Shown: piece after piece, positions 12,850 to 24,675 of the stretch | Position numbering within the stretch: position 1 is the stretch's first letter | Layout: every line of letters starts with the position of its first letter | Assembly (NCBI GenBank): GCA_973895155.1 | Contig: OZ316898.1 | Coordinates: forward strand, 20,099,292 to 20,163,291 | Length of the DNA: 64,000 nucleotides | From: Marsupella aquatica | Taxonomy: Eukaryota > Plantae > Marchantiophyta | Reading direction: 5' to 3' | Position numbers and translations under genes: made by a program | Notes under the pieces: generated by a model | The model's database searches: none | What the model was told of the DNA's origin: nothing | Seen by the model: only the letters and a program-made list of their open reading frames with translations

Positions 12850-15268
12850 GTAATTAATACAAAGAAGGATAGTGGATGAGTTAGGAGTTCCGGAGGAGGG
12901 TTAACTCCAGGAGTTGGCAACCAGTCAACTTCGGCGGTTAACACCGGTCAAGGTCTTGCCTTTGGGTACTACCCCAGGAGGAGTTCAAATCAACCACATC
13001 AAACTCGGATGGCAAGTGGATGCTGAGGCAGAGTTTGGACCATCTGATGATGAGGCCGAGGCCCTATCAACATTTTCAGAAGAGGATTTAGATCATGATT
13101 GCTATCGGGTCTCTACTCGATCCACCAGAAGGAAGGAAAGGTGGGATGGGCTGGCCAAAAATAAAGGGAAGGTTAAAGAATAAAAGATCGACTCTTTATC
13201 AACATCAACAGAAGGAGAAGGAAGGGCGCCGGCAACACAGGTAAGCCATGAGCCCACTAGTGAGCCCAATCCTTCACAGGACAGCGACTTCAATCGAGAC
13301 CACCCTAAGTTGTTTTACCCCTCTATTACGGCTAGTGTTAAGGAACAACTGCAAGAATTGGAAACCATGGAGAATACCAAAGCCATAGCCAAGGATGTGA
13401 AACGAGCAAAAGCGTTGTTTGTTTCGGAGGATCCAAGGGCTGTGGAAACTAGCGTGAAAAAACAGGCCGAAGCCAATACTGAGACACCGGCAGAAGAGAA
13501 GCCGATAGTCCCCTATGACTTGGCTAAAGATGTACTAGAATCTAGAGTCTCAGCAATAGTAGGTCAACTATTGAAAAATAGCCCGTACTTTCGGAAGCAG
13601 TTAAGGAAGGCCATTCTCGACAAGCCAAGATTACCCAAGGTAGCAACCAGATCCGATGTGCTGATGATAGAAGAAGATCAAGGAGCCCCAACACTACCAT
13701 TAATGATTCAAGGAGAAATATTACTAAGGGTACCCATCGATGGAGGATCAGGGGTATGTATTATGATTGATTCAACAGCAAAAGGATGGGGACTAACGCC
13801 GGAGATGACTGGAAGAGTGTTGAACATGGCCAATGGGTATCAGGTCATTCCCACGGGAGTGTTAACCGACATCAAGACTGAGATAGGAGGGATCTTCTTT
13901 AGCATTAACTATGTAGTAATGAAGCCGGTAAACCCTACATCATTTTAGCTATTGATTGGCAGGCCATGGCTGTATCTAGCCAAGGTAATAGAGGATTGGG
14001 GGAAGAATAAGGAGTTCACTTTTGGAACCCCCGCTATCACGGTATCTTGGGACACCAAGGATGACCGTAGGAGAAGCATCAGGGAGGTAGATGGGTATGA
14101 CAGTGGACTAGAGTCAGCAAATGAGGTACATTGGCTAGAATGCCTCACTAACCTGACCGAAGAAAGTATCTTTGGACCAGAGGTATCCCCCAGTGGACTA
14201 TGGCAAGAACCTATGGAGAGTGACTTGGAGGAATATGAAGATGAAACCGAGGACTGCTTTGCCATAGAGTCCACCTTTTTAGCTTCAATTCCAGAGGAAG
14301 CACAAAAAGTGGACCAGTTGGATGAAACGGCTAAGTGGGGAGCTGCACCCGAGCCAGTGGATTTTCCTCAGGCATTGTGGCAGAGCCGGCAGGATCCACA
14401 ACGCCGTCTATCATCGGCAATAAAGTAAATACCAAGGAATCGGCATAAAGCCGATTACAAGGGCAGAACAAATTGAGGCCCTATTAGAAGCCAAAAGAGC
14501 ACAGCGACCTAACCCTCAGGAGGCAAGAATGGATGAGATACACAAAAACAAGCTAGAGCCAAGGCCGAAAGGGAAGCCGACCACCAATTCAAAACCAAAT
14601 AGTCCGGCAAGGGGACACTCTGTGGATAACCAGGGAGAAACCGACTCGGCTAGTACGACCGAGATTCCAGTTTATGGAGGTATGAGACTGGAGAGGCTGG
14701 AAGCCAAATTGGACCCAAACTTGAAGAAGCAGATTAATCTGATCCAAGCACGGCAATACCGAAAGCTCAACTTAGGAGAAGGAAGGGAACTGAACTTGGG
14801 ACGGGACCTAGCACTTGAGCTTGAGAAAGAAATCAGTGAATTACTGATTGAATTTCAGGATGTGTTCGCATGGAGTCACCAAGACCTGAAGGGAGTAGAC
14901 CCAAAATTAGGAGAACATTGAATTGATCTCATGTTAGGGGCCAAATCATTTCGACAACCAATTTGAAGGATGAACCCTAAGTATTCCCTGATGGTCAAAA
15001 CTGAAATCGACAAACTAGTGGAAGCCGGATTCATCACTCCAGTCCTAATTCAGACTGGGTGTCTCCAATTGTGATAGTTCCCAAGAAATTTGGACCCGAT
15101 GGTAAACCCAAGATCCGGGTTTGTCAGGATTACAGGAAGTTGAATGAGGCTACGTTAAAGGACCATTTTCCTTTACCCTTTACTGATATGGTACTAGACA
15201 TGGTAGCCAGTCATGAATTATACTCATTCATGGATGGGTACTCTGGTTATAACCAAATCAGGATTAGG
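12850..15268 (+). mobile_element. Non-chromovirus Ty3/Gypsy (Athila/Phygy-like): gag C-terminus, protease and RT N-half; 5' end missing
   Basis: Protease VPIDGGSGV and IGRPWL. Pre-RT DVFAWSHQDLKGVDPKLGEH. RT SPIVIVPKK...VCQDYRKLN...DHFPLPF...DGYSGYNQIRIR, ending abruptly at 15268. The left boundary is approximate. Confidence 0.9.
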
Positions 15269-16836
15269 CAGAGATGATATGCAAAATTTGATGTACTATA
15301 CTTAATAAACATCCTGTAGGTTGATAACATTAATTAAACTATCTAGCATTTGAGACTTTGAAGCTTTCCTTATATGTCCTTCAAAGATCGATAAAAAGAC
15401 TTGTCACGCAACGAGTCACATCATTTCAGGACTCGAAAGGACTCTAAAACTTGCATTTTAGACAATGAAATTTTACCAAGGCATGCATACTAATAGAATA
15501 ATCTTATATTTTAAAACTCAAATATTGACACACACTAAACCTTTATGTACAGGACAAAAATAATCAGTAATTTTGGCTTATTTAGGGCCATCAATAATAG
15601 GATCCCTTAAAAAAGTTAAAAACTTGATTTATCTACATGGTGAGGTAGGTTACACCATGTAAAATAGTCTTGTGAAAAAATTAGACTTAAATGTTTTGAG
15701 ATAAAATCATGATGAAGCTTTTTCCATGTTACGAAAGTCATTTTTCACTAAAAAAAACATGTTTTTGAGTCCTGAAAGTGGTTCCTGTGAGGTACACCCA
15801 ATTGTGAATGAGGCCAGGAACTTGGGACCTGATTCAAATCCATATTTTCTAATACAAAATATAGATAGTACACACCCACTCTTCTTCATAAGTAACTACG
15901 GGATATATGAGTGGAATATTTGAATTCATAACCATGGTGGCAAAATCTATACCAAACTGATACATAAGCGTTTGACGTATTACATTTTTATCTAAACAAT
16001 ATAATCTAATAAAAAATGGGTTGATAACCACTCCCGACGATCTATGCACTCTTGGCAACCCATGCAACATCATTCACAATATATGGGAATAGCTAAAGCC
16101 TAAGGTATAAGTTAACCTTTGATAATATATCCTTGATATAGGCGACATAGCCGCCCTTGCCAGATTTGAGTATTTAACTTAAGGTGCTCAAGTGGTGGCA
16201 TAGCCCTCCATGACCATAAAAAAAATCCTCAATTCCTTCCATCATGAAAACCGGCGGCATAGCCCTCCGTTACATCAAGACAAACCATGGACTCAACTCT
16301 CAATAGTGGGAACACAATGCCCTATGGGAAGCAAGTTCCCTTCTATTTATATTTTGAAATGTTGACCACCCACAATTTGCTAGCCCACTGTTTTGTCCAC
16401 TATCTTAGCACACTATTTTATAAAGTGGATTATCCACAATTTGCTAGCCCACTATTTTGCCCACTATCTTAGCACACTGTTTTATAAAGTGGACTATCCA
16501 CAATTTGCTAGCTTCCTATTTTACCCACTATCTTAGCACACTGTTTTATAAAGTGGACTATCCACAATTTGCTAGCCCATTTTTTTGGCACACTATCTTA
16601 TTTTGTCATATTTTATTAGCTTAGCCTACTATACTCATTTGGCCTACTATACTCATATGGTATACTATTATTTTGGTATACTATTTTATTTTTACCTATT
16701 CTATGATTTTGGTCTATTATATCTAATAATTTATAAATGACTATTATGAGTCACACTATTTATTTTTATTTAATTTTTAATAATGTCTAATGGAGTGAGA
16801 AACTCTATGTGAGGTATTCTAACTCCAAAACTCATT
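15269..16836. other. AT-rich filler DNA at the left inversion breakpoint
   Basis: No Gypsy homology. Shares CCAATTGTGAATGAGGCC (~15798) with the right-breakpoint filler (~19677). Confidence 0.6.
16370..16600. repeat. 64-bp tandem repeat, ~3.6 copies
   Basis: CCACAATTTGCTAG recurs at 16370, 16434, 16498 and 16562. Confidence 0.95.
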
Positions 16837-18354
16837 TCTTTACGACACCGGCACAACAGCGACATGTGATAACCAAGCCGGGACATGCTTTCCATGCCGA
16901 TCACTAGTTGTTCCTCCTTCAAGATCTTCTTTAGTTGGGTGAGGAAGTACTCGTTGTAGTCTCGGTTTGGGTCTGGCCTCTCCGCTAGATAGACCCATGC
17001 CTTGTCGATCTCTGCCCTCGGCAAGTTACAATGCATGGTCACCCGCAAGAAATTGATCATTTCTCCTATGTGCGGGTTTGTGCAGGTGTTTCGGAAGAAG
17101 CCATTCTTTGTTGATGGCCGTGGAAACGACCGGAACTCCTTTTCTGGCAAGGTCTTCCTGGATCTACTTTGGTCTTATTGCCCATCGGCAAGCCAAACAC
17201 TTCGGCAATCACCCGGGGAGTGAGATAGAAATCCTTCCCATACACCCTTGTGGAATTGGTCTCGGGCTCCCATGATCCCATGAATTCTAGTAAGTCTGAA
17301 TCCGGCACCTTCGACTTCAGCCATGGTAACTTTACGAATGCTTCCAAGCCGGATCCGGCCATGAAGCCCTGGTATTTTGGAGTCTGCATAGTCGTAAAGC
17401 ATGCATCTTCTTCCCGCGCAAAGTGTAATTGCACCTCCTCGGGGAGGGTCGCCGCCTAGCCTTTCCAGGTGTCATCTCTTGTTGGAACGACATTGACGGG
17501 GTCGACCTCCTCCTCTTGGCTTCCGCCTGCCTCCTGCTTCCCTGCTCTGCTGGTTTCTTGGGTGCCACCGACCTCATTCTTTTCGCAGGGGTGGCTTCTT
17601 CGTTGTTGTTCCCTTTCCTCTTCATAGCGGCTACCGTGGATGTTTCTCCCAGCACGGTTGCCTTCGTCCACCCCTCCATGCTACCCTTCAACTCCCAGTG
17701 TATGTCGTTGCAGCGGTTGATGGCCTCCCGGATGCCGACTATCTTGTTCTCACAAAACAGAAGATCATCGAGTTCGTCAGCAGTAGGCGTCCACAAGAAT
17801 TCAGCCATAATGAGTTTTCCTCCTAAGAAAGCAGACTTTTGCAGCTTCCACAGCCGAGCGAGCTCCTACCGTTCTCGAGCCGCTCTCTCCGATTTTTCAT
17901 CCTCGTAGGTCCCAATATACTCAGTTTCCCGTTCTAACAGGCATCCCCAAAAATGAGCAGCTTGATTGACGTTGCTCATACCCTTCTTGAGTTGATTGTC
18001 GGTATCTGCTTCCACCCCGAGTGCTTGCCTGAGCAGCGGACAGTAGTTGGCCTCCCATAGTCGTCCGCTTGGCTCGTGCTTGCAAATGAGCTGCCATTCC
18101 TTGCGCTCGGTCCTTACCCCCCTTGGCTGGTCTTCCTTCCCGTTGGTTATCCATAGCCGCTGGTACTTAGCGCGCCCTAACCCTAATCGTGTTCCCTCCC
18201 CCGACGTCCTTACTTTCGGCCTCGGCTCGGGTTCTATAGTCACCCTTAATTGTTTATATTTCCCTATTTTTGTTACTATACTAAGGTGTTTCCTAGGGTA
18301 CACTCCTGATTTTACTATTTAAACTGGCCTAATGATTCCTGGCTAGGCATCACA
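16837..18354 (-). mobile_element. Gypsy 3' LTR, first 1.5 kb (inverted), carrying the N-terminal half of the LTR-borne ORF
   Basis: Begins TGTGATGC at 18354, directly after the PPT-like GGGGAG-CTA and the end of integrase. 17645-18354 is duplicated at 23965-24675. Encodes MKRKG...AKRRRS and GLEAFVKLPW...LLEFMGSW...RVYGKDFYLTPRVIAEVFGLP. Confidence 0.85.
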
Positions 18355-19600
18355 TAGCTCCCCACTTAATTGTGAAGCGTCCTCGCGAACAACTTCATCT
18401 TCGTCCATATAGTATTTCTTGAGGCGGTCGTAATGAATGCGAACTGGGTATATTTCTCCAGTAATGTTGGCCAATTGCACGGAGCCATTGGAGAACTTCA
18501 TGTTTACCCTGAAGGGTCCTAACCAGCGAGTGTAAAGTTTACCCGAGAACCTACTATACCTACTATCATAAAGTAATACAAGATCTCCTATGTGGATACT
18601 AACTGGTTTCAATCTTTTATCGTATTGTTGCTTCATGGTATTCTGTCTATATTTTACTCTCTTGGCTAAAATCATTCTTGCTTCTTCTAAAGCTTCTAAT
18701 CTATATTCTCGCTCCTTTTGGCTTTCCTCCTCAGAGACTCTTTCCTCAATTGTAATTTGAAATTTGGGTATCTCAAGTTGCATGGGTACCAGAGCTTCTT
18801 GCCCAAAGGTTAAGAAAAAGGGTGTATGACCAGTAGTGGATTTATAGGCTAAATTGTAAGCAAAAACAACAGCAAACAATTTATCATCCCAATCGAGTTT
18901 GTTTTGAGCTACAGTTTTGTTTAATATTTTTCCTATAATCCCATTAGCTCGTTCCTTTCTCATCTAACTGACTTAGTACTGAGCCGATACAACAGCCTGA
19001 GACATCTATGAAGACATGAAAACCCTTGTTCCAGTCTGGTGCTATCATGACTGGGGCCTCTACTAACTTTTGCTTTAATTCCACCACACCTGTTACTCTT
19101 TCTGCTGTGGGTTCAAAGTCTGTGCTTGCCTTGAGCATGTTGGTTAATGGTAAAGCTAGCTTGGCAAAATCCTTGATGAACCGGCAATAATACCCAATGC
19201 ACCCCAAGAAGGATCTCACATCTTTTATGTTCTTAGGTTGCATGATATGAAGCCATACTGCTAGCTTACCCTTGTCAATCTCAATGCCCTTCTTCGATAC
19301 TTTGTGCCCTAGCAGCACACCTTCTGTTACTCCAAAGAAACATTTATCTAGGTGTAACTTGAGACCTACCTCTCTGCATCTCATGAAGGTCTTCCTTCGG
19401 TATTTAGCATGTTTCGATGCTTTCCCAAATACTGCAAAGTCATCAATGAAGATTTCCATGAACTTTCTCAAGTAGTCATGAAAAATGTTCACCATTAATC
19501 GTTGGAACATAGCTAGTGCGTTGTAGAGCCCAAACGGCATACGATTGAAGACATAGATCCCCCATTCCGTGATGAAGGCCATCTTGATTTGGTCCTCCTC
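18343..19600 (-). mobile_element. Inverted Gypsy pol segment: RT C-half and RNase H start fused by deletion to the integrase C-half
   Basis: EEDQIKMAFITEWG...MPFGL...FIDDF...FHVFIDVSG...VLSQ, then ERANG...WDDKL..VVFAYN...TPFFLTFG...RWLGPFRV. No chromodomain. Confidence 0.92.
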
Positions 19601-19726
19601 ATTACACCTTACAAATGATGTCCTAAAGCATAATAAACTATGGTCACTTTTGAGTGTGACATTCCTTTTGGGTCCTCCAATTGTGAATGAGGCCTCCTTG
19701 AGTCTTCCTTGAGTCTTCCTTGAGTC

Positions 19727-22700
19727 TAAAGATTATTGTGCGAAGGAAGATAGCGTGTAGGGAAATCTTAGTAAGAAAGTTTGGAGAAGAGTAATATAAT
19801 GTTATAGTATCTTCGGAAGAAGCTCTAATACTTTATGGGGATCATCCAAGGGAAACTTTAAGTATTTTTGTGCTTGTATAGTTCAGGTGGGTAGTCGTAT
19901 TTGCACAGGCAGCAAGGCCCAGTGTCTCTCGAGTAGTTTAAAACCCCAAGACACCGGTATGCCCGAAGTCAGATATTCGCCCCGGTACTGCCCCTGCAAG
20001 CAAGAGCACCAAAGGAGGTTCCGGAACCAGGACCGGCAATAGAGAAACCGACCCCGCCCGACAGTCCTACAATCGAGCAGGTGTTTAGGCCAAGGAAGGA
20101 GGACTTGCCAATGCAACAACAAGGCATGCAGAATCTACTGAAATTGCTGGAGAAGGAAAGGAGAACGACAACGGGACCGGTACAAAATACTACTTCCGAA
20201 GTTGGCCTTAGCCAACTTACCAGGGAAAACCCCTTTACCTTGGTCAAGGAGAGAAGGAGGCCGGAACACGAGTCTGGAGTCCGAATGTATGTAGGAGCTT
20301 CAAGTCCCGAAGCCGAGGAAAAGCAGCCCGAAGCCCCTGGTCACGACAAGGAGAAGATGAGATCAACGTGGAAGCTGGAGGAACCAGGACCCGTGATCTG
20401 TGGGGCCGTGTTCACGGCAGGACCAGGACAGCAACGGGGGGAGCTGATAGTCCAAGCCGAGGAGGAGGCGGTAGAAGGCTACGACAATGATGACTCCGGC
20501 TACGGGTCAGACCATCATGTTCCAGGAATAAGGACCTGTGGCAGGTTCATCCCCACTCTTCCAAGAGTAGTTCGAGGGGACCCAACCCAATAGAGCAGCC
20601 CCGAGTCTCCCCCACCAGATGTCGCTCCCCCGAGCTTTGACGACATAAAACAGATGGCACAGGAGTTTCAGGAACGACTCAGGGAGGAAGAAGAGGCAGC
20701 CCTGGCTAGGGAGAAGGATTTACTAGGAGGAGAATGGCCAAAGGACATCCGACGGCTTGCAGAAAAATGAAGCAGCCCGCCAACCACGATAGAAGAAATT
20801 CGCAAGGCTGCTTGGGAACAAAGGCCGCGGTGGATGATGCCGATGACTTCTACTCACTCCGCCTATGCTAAAGAACGAGCCATGGAGTATGGGGAGATGT
20901 GTGGGGAACTGGCGCTCGGCATCTTTGGGGAGGAGTTGGAGCAAGGACCTTTTTTCCAGAGGGAAATGTTGGAGAAGCACCGATTAGAAGAAGCGGTGGC
21001 TTTGGAGAGAAGCAAGAAGGACGAAGTCATCCATCGGCTTAGGGCAAGGGAAGCCGAGGTAGAAGACCTGAAGGCGGCCAAGAAAGCCCAAGATGAGTTG
21101 CGGATTAAGCGATATGAGCTCAACATCATGCAGGGGCAATTGGATACCGCGCGGTCTGATAGTCAGATTATCAAAGATAAATTGACTCAGACCCAAGGTG
21201 AGCTGGCCGATTCGATCAAGGAGAAGGAGAAATGGAAGCGAGAGCTGAGAGACATAGAAGAGGCCCACATAGCAGCCAACAATTGGGCCATGGCGGAAAC
21301 TCAAAGAAGGACAAGGGCGCTGAAGGGGGAACTCAAGGATATCCGTGGAGCCCTGGAGCAGAAGGAAACCGAGTTAGGAAAATCCTATCAGGCGATCATT
21401 GTGCTACGGCAGGAGCTCGCATCCATGATGGCCAGCTTCAAGGCCGACCTCCGCGAGAAAGACGACCAGCTCGACCAGACTTATGCCAAGATGAATAAAA
21501 TGGAGTCTAAGGTTGTTACGGAGCTCGACAAGGAGCTGAGAGCAACCCAGGAAGAGAGGGCTACCTTAAAGAAGGAATTGGAGGAAGCCCAGAAGGAGCG
21601 GGAGGAGGCATGCAAGGACCTGGATGAATTGCAGGAGGAGTTGGAGGAAAGCACGCGGAAGATGGAGAACTTACAGTGGCGAGCCGACAACCAAATGGAG
21701 CAACTGAAGAAATAGGCCGCAGTATTTAAGTGCTTGGCTTCCTCAGGTCCAAATCCAATTGGGGCAACCAAGTTACCAGGTTGGTCACGACGGCTTGAGG
21801 AGCCGTATTACTCCCTGACCCAGAAGGTTTCCGCTTCTTCTTCTTCTTTGGTTCGGCAGTTGGCCTCTTCCCCTTGCCACTTACCTCCGGCACTGGTGCG
21901 AGTATCTCGGCTTGTCCTTCGGCCAGTACTACAAGGAGGTAAACCTAGCACCAACCTCAGGCAGGGCCAACATGAGAGCCATGAGAGCCCCGCGTCCTCC
22001 GTGTCCCGAAGTGTTCCTTCGATATATCGACATAGATATCAAGTTGATCGAGACAAAATAAAAGAAAGGTAAATGGCAGGGGGCACCAGTCCAGCACCCG
22101 GGATACAATGAGCACACATCTCGAAGACAAAGTAGGCGATTCCCAGTCACTTATGCATGAACTTGTGAAAGGGAGGCCTAAATTAGTAGCGCAAGATGTG
22201 GACAGTATCTCACCTGGAATCCTGGTCACCAGAGAGGAGAATGTCCACCAGCACGAGACCAGCACCTAGATCCCCAAAGGAGATCTAGGGAGTCACCAGA
22301 GAGCCAATTTTGCAAGAATCACCGAGTGAGCCGTAGGGATGGTAGAGTCACCCCAGGAATTGGAGGCAAAAAGTGAGAAGCCGCAAGAGCAGCGCCTCAA
22401 GGAATATGCAACATAAACCAGTACAAGTGATCGCATGCAATGCAGTACACCAGTGGGCAGTGTCCGCACTACCAAATCAAAGATGTCATAACGTTGTTTG
22501 AACTTCAGTAAAGATGAAAGCGCTTTCAGCATAAAGGCCAAAGAGATTAGCCCCGCGACTCCTTCTGACTGTGACACAGTTTCACCCTAGTACCCAGAGA
22601 TTTAGCCCACAGCACGAGCACGGTCGGACCCCTTGTCTGCTCCCAGATACATTCCTGTCATTCTGATGTTAGAATCTTTGGGAAAAAAAACTTGAACCAA

Positions 22701-23964
22701 AGAAGAAGAAGAAGCGGAAACCTTCTGGGTCAGGGAGTAATACGGCTCCTCAAGCCGTCGTGACCAAGGAGGTAAACCTAGCACCAACCTCAGGCAGGGT
22801 CACTGCAGAGGATCCAACTGCCCTAGAAGGCGGGGATGGCGAAGCCGGGGCTAGGATACTCGGTGATGAAGCCGGGGTACCGGATCCATCACTAGAACAT
22901 GTCGGGGAGGCCGTGGCCGATGCTGAGGCCAAAGCCGAGGGTGGACCCAGTCAGGCCGATGGAGAGTTGACTCATTCCGGAGCAGGTAATCTGTCAGAGG
23001 ACGGACCTACGGTAGTGGTTGTGGAGGAAGTGTTGGGGGCGTCCATTGAGGACCAGACACCGCTGCCATGACGGTGGTGGAGGGCCGCTCCTTTTAAGGA
23101 GGGAGGAGGCGTGAGTGGGCAAGGCGGGCTCAGATCTCCAAGTTTAGAATTAGGATCAGGACCAAGGGGCAGCCCTGACACTTAGCTTAGTGGGATTGCG
23201 GATCCACTGGTAAGAGCAACACTTGTGCTCCTGCCTCGCTGTACATAGGTAGATTACAGTTAGGTAGATTAGGCTTACGCTACAAGGAATTAGGCGGATC
23301 CACTACCACGATAAGTACCTGGGCAGCGGGGAGTTCAGGGCCTTCTTCCTTAGCAAGTTTTTAGTGCAACAGCAGGGCTGGGATCAAGTAGTTAAAGAAG
23401 CTCTCGGTTAGTTATACTGTGACCCTTGTGTATATTCATGTTTCCTCATACCTAAGAGATGAATAGAGTTGGCCTCACGGCTTAGTTCGCAGATCTTGTA
23501 TATGAGAAGTATTGTTTGTATGGCAAGTGCATGATATAACTCAGTCAGAAGGAGTCATTTTGCTATTTGTGTGTCGCATTAACTTGTGTGAAGATTGCCC
23601 ACATCAACCAAGAAAGGAGTAAGCAAGGTAGTAAGAGTTGGATGTGTCAAGCTGAGAGAGGTCTTAGCGGGTTACCCAAGCCAGTTGGGGATCATTCCGG
23701 CGGCGGAATCCAAACATACCCAAAGGAAAACCAAGAGAGGAGGACAAGGGAAGGCCTAGAATAGACCGGCTACGTATCGCATGACCTGATGAAGGATCTG
23801 TCCAGTATATGTGAGTAAAATGTTAATAGTAATAGTAGTAGAAAGAGGTTAGCAGCGTCCCATGCCGCTAAGCCGCGAAATCGGCCTCGCCAAGAGCAAA
23901 ACCTGCGGGAATTGGCTTGTCCAGAGGGGTTTCTTGGGTTTAGGGAGCCATGGGACGCACCACA
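19727..23964 (+). mobile_element. Gypsy 3' LTR, remaining 4.2 kb, with the coiled-coil part of the LTR-borne ORF
   Basis: Ends GGGACGCACCACA at 23964; its revcomp TGTGGTGC matches the LTR start TGTGATGC at 7/8. TAAAGA microhomology joins it to 16837-16842. ORFs 20081..20593 and 20834..21715 are in one frame, and ORF 22760..23071 continues the protein. Confidence 0.75.
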
Positions 23965-24675
23965 TCTCATAGCACGGTTGCCTTCGTCCACCCCTCCGTG
24001 CTACCCTTCAACTCCCAGTGTATGTCGTTGCAGCGGTTGATGGCCTCCCGGATGCTAACGATTCTGTTCTCACAAAACAGAAGATCGTCGAGTTCGTCGG
24101 CAGTAGGCGTCCACAAGAATTCAGCCGTAATGAGTTCTCCTCCTAAGAAGGCAGACTTCTGCAGCTCCCATAGTCGAGCGAGCTCCTGTCGTTCTCAAGC
24201 GGCTCTCTCCGATTCTTCGTCCTTGTAGGTCCCAATGTACTCAGTTGCCTGTTCTAACAGGCATCCCCAAAAATGAGCAGCTTGATTGACGTTGCTCATA
24301 CCCTTCTTGAGTTGATTGTCGGTATCTGCTTCCACCCCGAGTGCTTGCCTGAGTAGCGGACAGTAGTTGGCCTCCCGTAGTCGTCTGCTTAGTTCGTGCT
24401 TGCAAATGAGTGGCCATTCCTTGCGATCGATCCTTACCCCTCCCTGACTGGTCTTCCTTCCCGTTAGTTACCTATAGCCGCCGGCACTTAGCGCGCCCTA
24501 ACCCTAATCGTGTTCCCTCCCCTGACGTTTTTACTTCCGGCCTCGGCTCGGGTTCCATAGCCACCCTTAATTGTTTATATTTTCCATATTTTTGCTACTA
24601 CACTAATGTGTTTCCAGGGTTTACTCCTTATTTTATCATTTAAACTGGCCTAGTGATTCCTGACTAGGCATCACA
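23965..24675 (-). mobile_element. First 711 bp of a second LTR copy of the same Gypsy family
   Basis: About 90% identical by eye to 17645-18354. Starts TGTGATGC at 24675, abutting an unrelated transposase, and is cut at 23965 by the end of the plus-strand LTR. Confidence 0.9.

Noticed and set aside
11950-12850. RT-like motif IPFGLQNAP at ~12530
   Set aside because: The motif is isolated in heavily decayed sequence with no other RT motifs. It is probably a retroelement remnant but cannot be assigned.
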